This document shows positions 40,859 through 53,532 of a stretch of DNA of 64,000 nucleotides, piece after piece. The notes under the pieces are model-generated. The model was not told where the DNA came from. It worked only from the letters and a program-made list of their open reading frames with translations, and made no database searches. Origin of the DNA: Octopus sinensis. Taxonomy: Eukaryota. The position numbers and the translations under genes were made by a program. Position 1 is the first letter of the stretch; each line of letters begins with the position of its first letter. The stretch spans positions 57,660,001-57,724,000 of the forward strand of contig NC_043002.1 of assembly GCF_006345805.1 (NCBI RefSeq), given 5' to 3'.

Positions 40859-41159
40859 TATCGTGCGCGCATACAGTAGCATAAACGTGCCTAAAAAATC
40901 GTAGTAAATCCGATTTAGTTTTCCTTAAATATATGAAATTTCAAATTTTTTTCGTGTTTCCTCTCCAACTTCCATTCCATTTCTCCCAGGAAATATATGG
41001 TGTAGAAAAAAGATCAAACCTATTTGTTATTTGTTATTATTATTTTTATTTACGCTTTATCGATTACATTTTTTTTTCATTCACCTTGGATTGTAAATCA
41101 TGCATAACCTGTTCAGAAATTTATATACATACATACATACATCCGTGCTAGTTTAATAA

Positions 41160-41370
41160 GCTATACTCGCAATCTTATTGATCCAAATAATGTAATTTGC
41201 GTGTGTGGTATTTGTGATCGTCTTTGTCGATCAATAGGTGGCCTTCGGATAAAAGTACAGGGTGAGATCCCAAACAAGATTTGTTACTCCCGATAAGAGA
41301 GCAGTACAACGAAAAGCAAGTCTCTTCTGATCGAAAAACTATATACTCTTCTAATTGTCCAAGGTCGTTC
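41160..41370 (+). mobile_element. Possible RTE-type LINE extreme 3' end (C2H2-like remnant)
   Basis: ICVCGICDRLCRSIGGLR resembles the C..C.R.C.S..GL..H end of RTE ORFs. Confidence 0.35.
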
Positions 41371-41407
41371 AAATATGTGTGTGTACGTGTGCGTATATGT
41401 ATGTCAT

Positions 41408-42070
41408 CGTTCAGTTTTGTTTCAAGATTTCTTGCCAATCGATAACAAGCCGGTTTCGAACCTAGAACAAAAGCTCCTTCCTTGGGATTTCAACATGAAA
41501 AACAGTGTATCAGCGTATGTATGTATGTATGTATGTATGTATGTATGTATGTATGTATGTATGTATGTATGTATGTATCTATGTATGTATGTATGTGTGT
41601 GTATGTCATTCAGTTTTATTTCAAGATTTCTTGCCAATAGAGAAAGAACCAGTTTCTAACCTAGATTCAAGGCTCCTTCATTGGAATTTCAACATCAACA
41701 ACAGGGTATTTTTGTATGTACGTATGTATATGTGCAGATTTGTATGTTTTGTTCTATGTATGTATTCTCATGCATACATAGACATTGCCATATATATTTA
41801 ACTGACAAACTGGAAAGCTTTACAAATTTTTACAGTTCCAGTGATGGATTGGATCTGTAGTCTTCGAGTTAGCTTTCTCCTTTCTGTTCTTGAGAAGCCT
41901 AATTTCTCAAGATTGGTATTTAGGCAGTGTGTTACATATCCCAGGTGCCTCAATAATTACAGGTTATAAACCTGAACTTGTAATCTGTGTAGAGCAAATG
42001 CAGATTTCTAAATAGTTCAACGTAGGTATTCTCTTTTCAATGATCTTCACATATTCATCCATCTCCTCCA
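41408..42070 (-). mobile_element. Second R4/Dong-type (REL) element: degenerate 3' end plus an extra 3' UTR copy, in (CATA)n
   Basis: Minus-strand KENTYVELFRNLHLLYTDYKFRFI-PVII..G (end of the REL domain). The terminal segment TCAGTTTT.TTTCAAGATTTCTTGCCAAT occurs twice (41408-41515, 41606-41705), each next to (ATGT)n/(GT)n. Confidence 0.6.
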
Positions 42071-42234
42071 ACTACTATTCGGGGGGGGGGGATGTATGTA
42101 TGTAAAAAATTGAAACATGCACATCTGGGACTAAATTGAAGAATGTCCTTGATATAATCCGTCTCAAGGTTTCACACACGCTCCTTGTCCTTGGGTACTT
42201 TTAACGTAATCCAACACATTATAACGTGCTTTCG

Positions 42235-42540
42235 GGGTAAGTGTCTGCGGCTTTTGATCGTAGAGTAGCGAGTTTGATACCTGACGACAAGTTGTGTTCC
42301 TGAGAAAGACAATTTATTTTACGTTGCTCCGGTCCACGCAGTTGGGAAAATTGAGTTGTACATATGTTTCAAAGGGCCAACCTTATCACATTCACGCTGC
42401 ACGCTGAGCACCCCTTAAAACTACGTTAAAAGTAGGCGTACCTAAGACGTACTCGGTCAATTGTACGTCTACTTCACGAGCAGGCTGTTCCGGTGATCGG
42501 ATCAACTGGAGTTCTTATCGTAGTAACCGACGGAGTCCCA
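42235..42540 (+). mobile_element. SINE family 3
   Basis: Homologous to 2683-2995; tail GCTGTTCCGGTGATCGGATCAACTGG...CGTAGTAACCGACGGAG. Confidence 0.65.
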
Positions 42541-42852
42541 CTATAAAGACTTACCAGTATAAACTGATTCGTTGCTTCTATCTGTAGACATAAGACAACG
42601 AGATAAAAATAATGTTAATCATCAACTAATACAATTGTTTCACACAATGTGTATCTGATTCTGTTTTATGTTTATGTTGGTTGATGTATTAAATATCAGG
42701 CAGAAAATCCAGTTACTAGAGAAAGTAGGGCAAATGTCACTTAGGAAACTTTAGAAATTTGAATTATATCCTTTGATGTAATCGAGTATACATGATGCTT
42801 TTTTTTTATCAGATTATTGCTAGATTTCCTATTTTTCTCTGTATCTATGCCC

Positions 42853-42941
<89 letters not shown>

Positions 42942-42974
42942 AACATATATATATATAAATACATGCATACATAC

Positions 42975-43036
<62 letters not shown>

Positions 43037-43040
<4 letters not shown>

Positions 43041-43491
43041 TACATTATATATAAGGGCTTAGTAAAATAAATTACTTTGCCACATACTGAACTCATTAGA
43101 AATAGCAGCTAAAGAAACTTCTTCAGCCATTTCTAATACTTAAAGAATATCTCTCTCAGATAGTGTTTGCCTAAACTAACTCACAAAAGTATGGGGGAAA
43201 AAACATTAAAAAATCAAGTGCAAAGGGATTTTTTAATGTTTTTTCCCCCATACTTTTGTGAGTTAGTTTAGGCAAACACTATCTGAGAGAGATCTTCTTT
43301 AAGTATTAGAAATGGCTGAAGAAGTTTCTTTAGCTGCTATTTCTAATGAGTTCAGTATGTGGCAAAGTAATTTATTTTACTAAGCCCTTATATATAATGT
43401 AATATTTTGAATTCGCCTATAATGGTCCCTTTACATACTGAATACTTGGTGAAATTGATTAATAATTAATTAATTTTACCCTCAATTGTTG

Positions 43492-43500
<9 letters not shown>
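43037..43500. mobile_element. Family C-related element with a near-perfect 369-bp palindrome
   Basis: 43037-43215 is the reverse complement of 43227-43405 (11-nt loop). The right arm and tail are homologous to 45620-45822; (TA)n on both sides. Confidence 0.8.
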
Positions 43501-43544
<44 letters not shown>

Positions 43545-43597
43545 TATACGTATATATATGTATAATATATATACATATATATATACGGATATATATG

Positions 43598-43637
<40 letters not shown>

Positions 43638-43642
43638 GTATA

Positions 43643-43684
<42 letters not shown>

Positions 43685-43909
43685 TATACGTATATATATA
43701 TACGTATATATATATACGTATATATATATGTATAATATATATATATATATATACATACATATACATACATATATATATATGTATGTATATATTATATATA
43801 TAATATATATATACATACATATATACATACACACACATATATCTACATGCATATACACACACACACGCACATATATATACATGTATACATACCTTATATA
43901 TTCTTTTAT

Positions 43910-44115
43910 TTTTATTCTTTACTTGTTTCAGTCATTTGACTGTGGTTATGCTGGAGCAGCACCTTTAGTCGTACAAATCAACCCAAGGACGTATATTTTG
44001 TGAGCCTAGTACTTATTTTATAGGTCTCTTCTGCGGAACCGCTAAGTTACGGGGATAGCAATGGTGGAGTGACGAACACAACATACATATACATACATAT
44101 ATACATAAATATATT

Positions 44116-44164
<49 letters not shown>

Positions 44165-44283
44165 TTGTATACATATATATATATATATGGGTATATATAT
44201 ATGCGACGGGCTTCTTTCAGTTTCCGTCTACCAAGTTCACTCACAAGGATTTGGTCGGCTCGAGGCTATAGTAGAAGACACTC
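43910..44283 (-). mobile_element. SINE family 1, head-truncated
   Basis: Tail, body and internal (TA)n are present. Confidence 0.8.
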
Positions 44284-44294
44284 TGCGGGCTAAA

Positions 44295-44595
44295 CACAGA
44301 GAGAACAAACAAGGACAGACAAACGGATTAAGTCCATTACATCGACCTCGGCGGAATTTGAACTCAGAACGTAGCGGCAGACGAAATACCTATTTCTTTA
44401 TTACCCACGTAGGGCTAAACATAGAGGGGACAAACAAGGACATACATAGGTATTAAGTCGATTACATCGACCCAAGTGCGTAACTGGTATTTAATTTATC
44501 GACCCCGAAAGGATGAAAGGATGAAAGGCAAAGTCGACCTCAAATCGCTAAGCATTTCGCCCGGCGTGCTAACGTTTCTGCCAGTTCGCCGTCTT
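44295..44595 (-). mobile_element. SINE family 2, rearranged/composite
   Basis: Core and head segments in reverse orientation with an internal duplication. Confidence 0.7.
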
Positions 44596-44639
44596 AACAA
44601 CAACAACAATAATAATGAACTTTCAAGACAGTAAAAATA

Positions 44640-44731
44640 ACAATAAACTAACCACATTACATACCCAAGGCACACAGAACTGCACTTGAGAGTGCAGAAA
44701 AAGTAAGTGATAAAGATATAACTACTCAATG

Positions 44732-44806
<75 letters not shown>
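44640..44806 (+). mobile_element. Degenerate Dong 3' UTR relic plus (AAT)n
   Basis: CATACCCAAGGCACACAGA (44660-44678) is identical to 610-628, and is followed by (AAT)n at 44729-44806. Confidence 0.7.
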
Positions 44807-44809
<3 letters not shown>

Positions 44810-44933
44810 GTCCTGATGCAGTACCAGGCAGTGGCTCTCAAAGCATCTTATCTTAACTGATTGGAAGTGTTATCAAGTACATTGTTTTGTCTTCGTATAA
44901 AAGATAGAATATAGCAAATATTCTGCTCAATAC
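44807..44933 (+). mobile_element. Family X, 5' piece
   Basis: Ends in AGCAAATATTCTGCTCAATAC as at 747-767; interrupted by a family-1 SINE. Confidence 0.55.
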
Positions 44934-45139
44934 TCTTTTACTCTTTTACTTGTTTTCAGTCATTTGACTGTGGTCATGCTGGAGTACCACCTTTTAGTCG
45001 AGCTAATTGACCCCAGGACTTATTCTTTATAAGTCTAGTACTTATTCTATCGGGATCTTTCGCCGAACCGCTATGTTACGGGGACGTAAACAAACCAGCA
45101 TCGCTGGGACAAACACAGACACACAAACATATACACGCG

Positions 45140-45176
<37 letters not shown>

Positions 45177-45181
<5 letters not shown>

Positions 45182-45822
45182 GAATTCTACTTGGTGAAAT
45201 TTATTGATTACTTCTTAATTAATTAATTTTACCCTTTGTTATTATTGATAATGGAACTTTCTCCCCGAGAACATGCTGCTGACTTTTCTGTAGCATTTTA
45301 CTTGAAGACTCACGTGGAAGGGCGGGGGAGGCTAAGCGATTCTCATTCATATTTTGAATTTGGCGGTACTAACATTGAACATGAGCGGCTTAACGCCGTT
45401 ATATGGAAAGATTCGTTCAAATGTTTCTAGTACCTTCGGATTATTACAGAAAATCCATACTGATGAAGAATACGGTTAGTAAAGTATATTTTTTAATATT
45501 CTTTATGTAAAAACCTAATTCAGAAACGCACGTCTATGGATGATCGGATATTGATTGAGTTTCGTTACGTTACTCTCTGCCTGTGTGAATAACCTTCAAG
45601 TATTTTGGTTTTTCTCTGGAAGACCCTTTTTAAAGTAGAAGAAATGGCTAAGATATTTGGCTGCTATTTCTGAACTTCGGTGTGTGGTGAGGCAATTCTT
45701 TGCTGAACCCTTTTTATTAATATTACTAAAATTTACCCTGTAACGGTCCTGTTTTCATACCGAATTCTACTTGGTGAAATTTATTGATTACTTCTTAATT
45801 AATTAATTTTACCCTTTGTTAT
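45177..45822 (+). mobile_element. Family C: partial tandem of a 580-bp unit with hammerhead, in (TA)n
   Basis: 45177-45242 is repeated at 45757-45822 (offset 580); the hammerhead lies at 45453-45541. Confidence 0.75.
45453..45541 (+). ncRNA. Type I hammerhead ribozyme with long stem/loop II
   Basis: ATCCATA-CTGATGA-A-GAATACGGTT...AACCTAATTC-A-GAAA-CGCACG-TC/TATGGAT. Stem I is 7 bp, the core is canonical, stem II pairs 8 of 10, stem III is ACG/CGT; predicted GUC cleavage after 45534. Confidence 0.75.
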
Positions 45823-45841
45823 ATATATATATATACATATA

Positions 45842-45992
45842 TACGACGGGCTTCTTTCAGTTTCTGTCTACCAAATCCACTCACAAGTCTTTGGTCGGCC
45901 CGAGGCTATAGTAGAAGACATTTGCCCAAGGTGCCTCGTAGTGGGAACCATGTAGTTGGTAAGCACGTTACTTATCACACAGCCACTCCTAC
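45842..45992 (-). mobile_element. SINE family 1, head half
   Basis: ACGACGGGCTTCTTTCAGTTTC...CACACAGCCACTCCTACGC. Confidence 0.75.
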
Positions 45993-45995
45993 GCT

Positions 45996-46305
45996 TTTGC
46001 TTGTTAGTTGTTTGACCTTAACCAGTTGACCATGTCCCTTAGTGGCTGACGGTATGTGCATCTCTCATCAGGAGAAGGAATATTGGGAGAGCATCACAGC
46101 CATGTGTTGAGAGGAATTCTTTGGGGTTTGAATAATTCACCTCTGGAAACATGGGTGGTTCGTTCAGCATTCTTAAACAACACTTATTCAAGAAGCTTTT
46201 GAGCGGGATGGGTTAGTTGTCAGACGAGTAGTCGTGGCGGGTATACTGGGCTACGTATATTTTACCCCGGTGCCACTTTGATGGCATGCACTGTTCTCTC
46301 ACCCA
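45996..46305 (+). mobile_element. Family X copy with internal deletion, followed by (AAT)n to about 46396
   Basis: Aligns to 778-985 and 1110-1197. Confidence 0.75.
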
Positions 46306-46329
46306 ATAATAATGATAATAATAATAATG

Positions 46330-46397
<68 letters not shown>

Positions 46398-46845
46398 CTC
46401 TTACCTTTTACTCGCTCCAGTCATTGAACTGAGGTTATTATAGATATAGTCGAACTGCTTGACTCCGGTCCTTATGTTTTTCTTGGGGGTGGGGCTAATT
46501 TTTAAAGTCTTGTGCTTATTCTATCGGTCTAATTTACTAAACTGCTAATTTATGGGGACGCAAACGATGCAACACCGGTTGGAGGCAACAAACACAAAGA
46601 CACACAGCATATAGAAACTTACACGCATACGGTCACGCACACAAGTATGCACTCACGTACACACACACATACATGCACACACATGCGCGCGGTTAGTATG
46701 CGAAACAATGCTATGAAATAAATCAGCTTTTTAATCTGTTCCTATACAGCAAACCGCAGTGAAGTGGATTCTTTGCTGGTCAAATATGAGCCAAACATTT
46801 GAACTGATCGAAAAGTTTGCGCAGGCGTGGCTACAGGTGCAGACG

Positions 46846-47002
46846 TGGCTGTGATGTAAGCCGCTTACTTCTCAACCACATGGTTGCAGTTTCGGTCCCA
46901 CTGCGTGACACCTTGGCCAAGTTTCTTCTACTGTAGCCTTGGGCCGATCAAAGCGTTGAGTGGATTTGGTAGATAGAAACTAAAAGAAGTTCGTCGTAAA
47001 TG

Positions 47003-47039
<37 letters not shown>

Positions 47040-47040
47040 A

Positions 47041-47130
<90 letters not shown>

Positions 47131-47323
47131 TACTCCCGCCATCGCTTGACAATCGATGTTGGTGTGTTTACGTATCCGTAACCTTGCGGTTCGGCAAAAG
47201 AGACCGATAGTATAAGTACTAGACTTACAAAGAATAAGTCCTGGGGTCGATTTGTACGACTAAAGGCGGTGCTCCACCATGGACGCAGTCAAATGACTGA
47301 AACAAGTAAAAGAATAAAAGAAT
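46846..47323 (+). mobile_element. SINE family 1, full length
   Basis: tRNA-like head GTGGCTGTGATGTAAG...GTTTCGGTCCCACTG, internal (TA)(GT)n, tail GGCGGTGCTCCACCATGGACGCAGTCAAATGACTGAAACAAGTAAAAGAATAAAAG. Confidence 0.85.
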
Positions 47324-47384
47324 ACATACGCGGATCGGCCTCAAGATTCAAAGGACCATAGAAGATGCTTTCATGGAATGTGTC

Positions 47385-48150
47385 TAAATGAAGTTTGTTA
47401 TTCACCCTAGTCCCCCTTGCGGTCAACATACTTCTTCAATCGATGCTGCAGTGCTTGGATCTGGTTTGGTGATGTAGCTTTTATCCTCTTGGTGAAAAGG
47501 GTCATCAACAGCAGATACAACGTATTCGTCACTACTATACTGAGTCTCGATGAAGTACTTTTTCATGTTGAGGGAACAGATGATATTCAGATGGGGCCAA
47601 ACAAGGAGAATAGGGAGGGTGCTCAACCAGTTCAAAGCCACAGTTACGCACAACAGTCATCGAAAGCAAGAACTTATGTACTGGAGCATTCTTGTAATGA
47701 AAGAAGACCACTTTCGCTAGTTTTCCTGTGCGTTTGGTATTGATAGCATTTCGTAACTGCCTCAGCAATTTAGCATACTACTCTCCATTTGTGGCGTGGC
47801 CGTTTTGAAAATAACAAATAAACACAATGCTTTCTGCACCCAAAAAAACTTAGGCCATCACCTTCCTTGCAGATGAAAAGAGTTTGGAGTAGAGTAGGAG
47901 GGGTGTTTCCATTGCATAGAGTGCCTCCTTGTCCCAGGCTCAAGGCGATGAAGCCATCTCTCATCCTGGATTATGAAACGTACAAGGAAACCAGCTGGAT
48001 CTACCCTAAACAACGTCATATCATTCTGTGCGGTGATCAGCCCGGTGCAATTTCTATTAGATATCAAAGGACTCACCGAGTGAAAGCCTTCCAAGTTCAT
48101 TACACAGAAGAACTTTAATTCTCTCACGAGATACGCTAATAGTATTGCTA
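47385..48150 (-). pseudogene. Mariner-family transposase fragment (DDD domain)
   Basis: DERWLH..EP.TRRHSMQWKHP, MA..FW, FHYKNAPVH, GFELVEHPPYSPCLAPSEYHLFP (YSPDLAP signature); frameshifted. Confidence 0.85.
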
Positions 48151-48329
48151 TTTGATTTATAGTTAATCACTTGTCACCCGTCGCTACGTGGTGAACACAA
48201 TCAATGTATTCCTCGTTGATGGCAGTTGCAGGACGTCAGGATCTTGGGTCATCTTCAAGACTCTCTGTTCCTCTTCTAAATTAAACTTCCCAGTTTTGCA
48301 CTGTTGATAAAGCTGGAGCGTCATCCTAT

Positions 48330-48630
48330 AATATATACAACCGGCTTCTTTCAGTTTTCGTCGTATATAAATATACACGTGTACGTGAATATGTGTGTAT
48401 GCTTGTGTGTGTATTTGTCCCCAGCCACCTCTTGATAACCGGTTTTGATGTGTTTACGTCATCGTAACTTAGCAGTTCGGCAAAGAAAAAACCGATAGAT
48501 TAAGTACCAGGCTTAAAAAGAAAGAATAAAAAAAACTAGTACCGAGGTCGATTCATTCAGCTAAAAATTCTTCAAGTTGGTGCCCCAGCATGGCCTCAGT
48601 CTAATGACTGGAACAAGTAAAAGATAAAAT
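48330..48630. mobile_element. SINE family 1 fragments
   Basis: Minus-strand piece at about 48340 and plus-strand 3' half at 48400-48630. Confidence 0.65.
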
Positions 48631-49434
48631 TATATTTCATTTAGTTTCCGTCCACTAAAATCACTCATAAGACATTGGTGGTACCGGAGCTATAATAGAG
48701 GACACTTGTCCGAGGTGTCTCACGTTGGGGCTGAACACGAAATTGCGTGGTTCTAAATGAGACTTCTTAACCACATAGCCATGCCTATAACTATATCTCT
48801 AATAATGTTTCAGACATTCTAGTGAAAAAGTTGTGTTTGTAAACTCTCAATGTCTGCAGTAATTAGGTGAACGAAAGTCATCTTTCTGAATCACCTGCTG
48901 CCAGCTAAAACCATTTCATTTGGAATGAAAAATGTCAATAGAAGTGATGTTTGAAGAGGAGTGAGGAGTGGTAGAAGAGCGCCATGATAGATGTGGTTGA
49001 CGTAACGTTGAAGCTGTCGTCTGCTCTTACAACTTTGTTTGGTCAGCGAAAACGTAGCCGTTGCTTTCACTGACAGTGGCTGTTTACTTTTATTAGCTGG
49101 AAACACACCCATCACCACCATGACAGATTCCTTTGCGGAGAGGCAAAGGCGCTTTGTGTAATAATGACTGCATGCTGCATAGCAAAAATAACACTAAACG
49201 TGAAACATTTATTGATAGCAAATACATCAGCAGCAACTACAATACCAACACTAAATGGGGACAGACGAGCAACAACAAAAACAACTGGAAAACATACAAC
49301 ACAATCAACAACTGCAGCAAAAACAAAATAGACAACAGCAGCAATACTATCTAAAGCACTAACAACAACTACGAGCACAATACCATCAGCAACACCACCA
49401 ATACCACCGCCACCATTGGTGGTGCCGGAGCTAT

Positions 49435-49560
49435 AAAGAAGAGTGTGACCTGCAAGTCTGATTCTTCTTTCCACCACAGTTTTCTGGAAAATTCATTATA
49501 TGTCGACATGACACGAAAGAATAAGTTCTGATAAGAAATCGAACTATTCCGAACTAGAGA
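49435..49560 (-). mobile_element. RTE LINE 3' fragment
   Basis: KTVVERRIRLAGHTL on the minus strand. Confidence 0.55.
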
Positions 49561-49859
49561 GACCAAAACTACTTTTTAGGGGTCTTTCAAGTAAATTAAC
49601 CACTACATCGGGATGCCTGTATACAAATCGTCCTCCAAAGTAAACTTGAATGATCTCTATCAATTTCTAACCAACGTTGCTGTACCATATCAAGATGTAT
49701 AAATGCAAGTTCCCTGTATCGGCTTAGGAAGAATGTTACTTGTTCAGTTATTTTAAATTAATAGACATAGATCCGGTTGCCATCATCGAGTCCAGAATTT
49801 CGAGAGCGAGCACAAGCCCTAACGCAAGTCTATCTTCGATGGGAAAAAGGTAAATGCAT

Positions 49860-49975
49860 TATTTTACCCGATGCAGATCGTGCGGTGACGTGGTAGTTTT
49901 GTTTCGAAAATCTTTGAATGTCCAGTTTTGTATGATTTCCCTGAAACCGGTTGGTAAACCGTTAGTGCCGTACAT
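49860..49975 (+). mobile_element. Degenerate Tx1 endonuclease fragment
   Basis: CGDVVVLFRKSLNVQ...LKPVGKPLV resembles GGGTAVLFRKSLNVK...LDPEGRLVV at 37455-37545. Confidence 0.5.
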
Positions 49976-50029
49976 AGAGCAGCAACACGTCTGCAATCAT
50001 TCTACTTTTGAGCAGAGTAGCTTGCATCA

Positions 50030-50370
50030 ACCCAGGTGATGCTAAGTCACTTAAGGACTTTTTCGAAGATAGCACACCATGTCTTCTTGTGTCTCCATCT
50101 GTTTTTTCGTTCTTTTGTTGGTACATATTATAGAGATGTTTTGAGTATTCGTCTTTCTGGCAGACGGAAAAATATGACCAGCAAGTCTCACTCTTCTTTC
50201 CGCCACAGTCTTCTGCAGGCTCCGTACACTGATTCTTCTTAAGACTTCAGCGTTTGTGATTCAGTCCTTTGAGTATTCTGTGAAGAAATGCATTCAATGC
50301 ATTCAACATCAGATCTCGGCTTTCAATTCCCGTCTTGTACTCCACAGTACTCCGTTTGTAGACACCGAGA
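50030..50370 (-). mobile_element. RTE LINE 3' fragment
   Basis: Minus-strand LNAF..RILK, then SLQKTVAERRVRLAGHIFRLPERRILK. Confidence 0.6.
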
Positions 50371-50839
50371 GGAAAAGAATCAGGTGGGGGATTCGGAGTA
50401 GGAAGTCGAGAATTTTTAAGAGAATTACTATATAATCTATGGTGTTCTTTTCTTATTTAAAACAATAGGATGTGGTTTAAAGGAGACTTCGTTGCTATTT
50501 CTAGAAACTATATTTACTCACTGTTTTCTGTTTGATTTCAGCAGGTGCCGAAAAATTTTCTCATTTACCCGGGTCGATAACATGAGTACCTGTCGTATAC
50601 TAAACGATAAATCATTAATCAATTCCCAATATTCAATAAGTAGCTTCCAGTGAAACGATTCTTTGAACACCACAGTTCAATAGTTAATTTATTCAATGTC
50701 AGTAATCAGGTGTTAGATTGAAGTTCACCCTAACATACACTAACATAGTCTAACGTATACTAACAGAAACCGAGGAGGTGGACATGACCTACACCTCATC
50801 TACAACACTGAACTCCGATCAAAACTGCTTCTCTAGCTT

Positions 50840-52100
50840 TAATTTTCTCACTACTCTCTCTCTCTCTTCTTTGTCTGTCTCACCCTCTCTCCCAGTTAAA
50901 GATTATTCTCTCTCTCTCTCTCTCTTTAAGTTTCCTGCCTCTCTTTCTCTTCTCTGACCATCCACCCTATCTCTCTTTCTCTCTGTTTAAATATACTCTC
51001 TACCTGTTTGTTTTCTCTTTGTCCCACCACCTTTTTCTCTCCCTTTTTAAATATACTGTATCTCTCTTCTCTGCCTGTCATGATTTCCCTCTTTTGTTTT
51101 ACGACGTCTCTCTCTCTGTCTCTCTCTCTCTTGCACACAAACACATACAAAGACAATGTCTCACTCTAGTACACACACACACACACACACACACATACAC
51201 AAACACACACACACATACACACACAAACACACACACACTTCCTTTCGTTTACCTTCTTCCCATCCTTTCCGCCCATCGTTTCTATTACTTCTTCTTTCTC
51301 CGCCATTTTCTTCGTCAATGTCAGCCTCTTTCCCATTCTCCTTCTCTCTTACTCTCAAACACATCAATCTACTTTCCTTCTCTCTCTCTTTGAGTCCCTT
51401 TCACTCTCTCACCTTTTCAGTTTCTCTCTCTCCATCTCAACTTATTTGCTTTATCTCTCTCTCTCTCTCTCTCTTATTCTTTCTCACCTTCGATTTTACT
51501 CAACTATTACTCTCTATCTCTTTACTTTCCAATGCATTTCCTTTCTTATCTCCCTTCTCATGCACGCTCTTTTCTCTTACTTTCTGATGCTTCTCACTCC
51601 CATTCTTTCTCCTTCGCCCTCACATGCATTGTCTTATTCTTCTTTATCTCCCTCACTCTCACTTACACCCTCTCACACAAACTCATACAGTCACTTCCTC
51701 ATTCCCCCTCCTACATCTACATCATTTCTCCTTATTACTCTCCACCTATCCTCCTCCCTTTCACACACGTTTCCTCTCACTCGCTCTTTCTGCATTTTCT
51801 TCACTGTTCTTTCTTCCTCAGCTTTTAACTAACCCGCAATCACTCTCTCCTCTGATTCTTAAAGACGCCATCATGCCCAGAGGAAGTACAACGGAAATAT
51901 CTCGCCTCTATCTCGGTTTCCTTTTGTTTGAAGAATATGTAAGACCAGATTTTCAATAACTCATTCACTCACTTCCTTTCATCCTTCTTTTGTTTGCATC
52001 TTTCACTCTTTCTTTCCCTCTTTCTTCCTTCCTTTTCCCCTGTTTTCGTCCGTCCTTCCTTCCGTCTTGCATCTAATTTATTTTCTCTCAGTCCCTTTCT
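50840..52100. repeat. About 1.2-kb pyrimidine-rich (CT) low-complexity tract with an embedded (CA)n
   Basis: Strong C/T bias on the + strand. Confidence 0.85.
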
Positions 52101-52142
52101 CTATATATGTATGTATATATGCATGTATATACTATATAGGTT

Positions 52143-52288
<146 letters not shown>

Positions 52289-53214
52289 CATATATATATA
52301 CATATATATACATACAAATACATATATATTATGTATATATATATATATTTATATATGCATGTATATATATATACACATATATAAAGGTATATACTGGTAT
52401 ACGTACATAAACATACACATACACAAGCACACGCACACACACGCGCGCGAGTGAGCACATGTATATACATATAAATACATACACATATATAAACATACAT
52501 ACACATACACAAGCACTGTATACATACATACACATACATACACACACATAAACACTCACACACACACACACGCGTGCGCACGCGCACACATACGCACTCG
52601 CACATGCACACGCATATCTTTCAAGCTATAAAGCTTTCTTCCTTTACGTTTTCCAAATCCACCTGATTGCAATACATCTTTTCGTCGACAACTCATATTC
52701 CTTTCAGCAATCGTATACAGACGTGTATAAAATTCCATAGAAGCGATTCGGTGTGAGAGAGGCTGTTTTTATGTGCTTGACCGAATAAAGGTTGGCACAG
52801 GCATGCCTGTGTGACTTCTTTCTACAAGGTCTCGGGTTCAGTCCCACTGCGTGGTTACTTGGACAACAATCTGGTAATATAGCCCAGGGCAAACAAATCA
52901 CATGTGAATGGATTTTGCCGCACGGCAACTTCCACGTATTGCATCAGTCTCCTTCTCAGAGTTTCTCATGAGGCAGTGTTCTGATTTTCAATTAGAACAA
53001 TGTTCTCAGAGCATGCAGAGTTCTTGGAGGCACAACCCATGTTATAAAATCCTGCTTGGACACGTGTCTTCACCGCAAGAACCTAATGGTAACTCGCATT
53101 TTTAAATTGCGTACAATAATTGATATTTACCTCTTATTGGATGAAGTACTTTTTATTGATCTTACTTTAACAGAACAGTAATTGATATATATATATATAT
53201 ATCTGAGGAGGAGA

Positions 53215-53532
53215 CTCCTTTCGATCACGAATGACTATGGGATTGCACCTAGAAAGTTACCCTCCGAGGCACAAGTCCGGGCAAATTTGTTTGTGGAAGG
53301 CCAGCAGTCGCTCATGCATACCAGCCTCCTCCCTTCACACCACTGATGTTATCTAAAGGAAATGCAAAGGGGCCGATACAGCTTGGCACCAGTGATGTCG
53401 CAACTCATTTCTACTGCTGATTTAATTGGAGCAACCTGAAATAAAGTGTCTTGCTCAGGAACACAACACGCCACCCGGTTCGGGATTCGAACTCACAACG
53501 TCACGATCGTAAGCTCGACGCTCTAACCACTG
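53215..53532 (-). mobile_element. tRNA-derived SINE with Nin/Deu-like domain, near full length
   Basis: tRNA head (reverse of GGGATTCGAACTCACAAC...GCTCTAACCACT) and the conserved central domain shared with 7222-7470. Confidence 0.75.
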
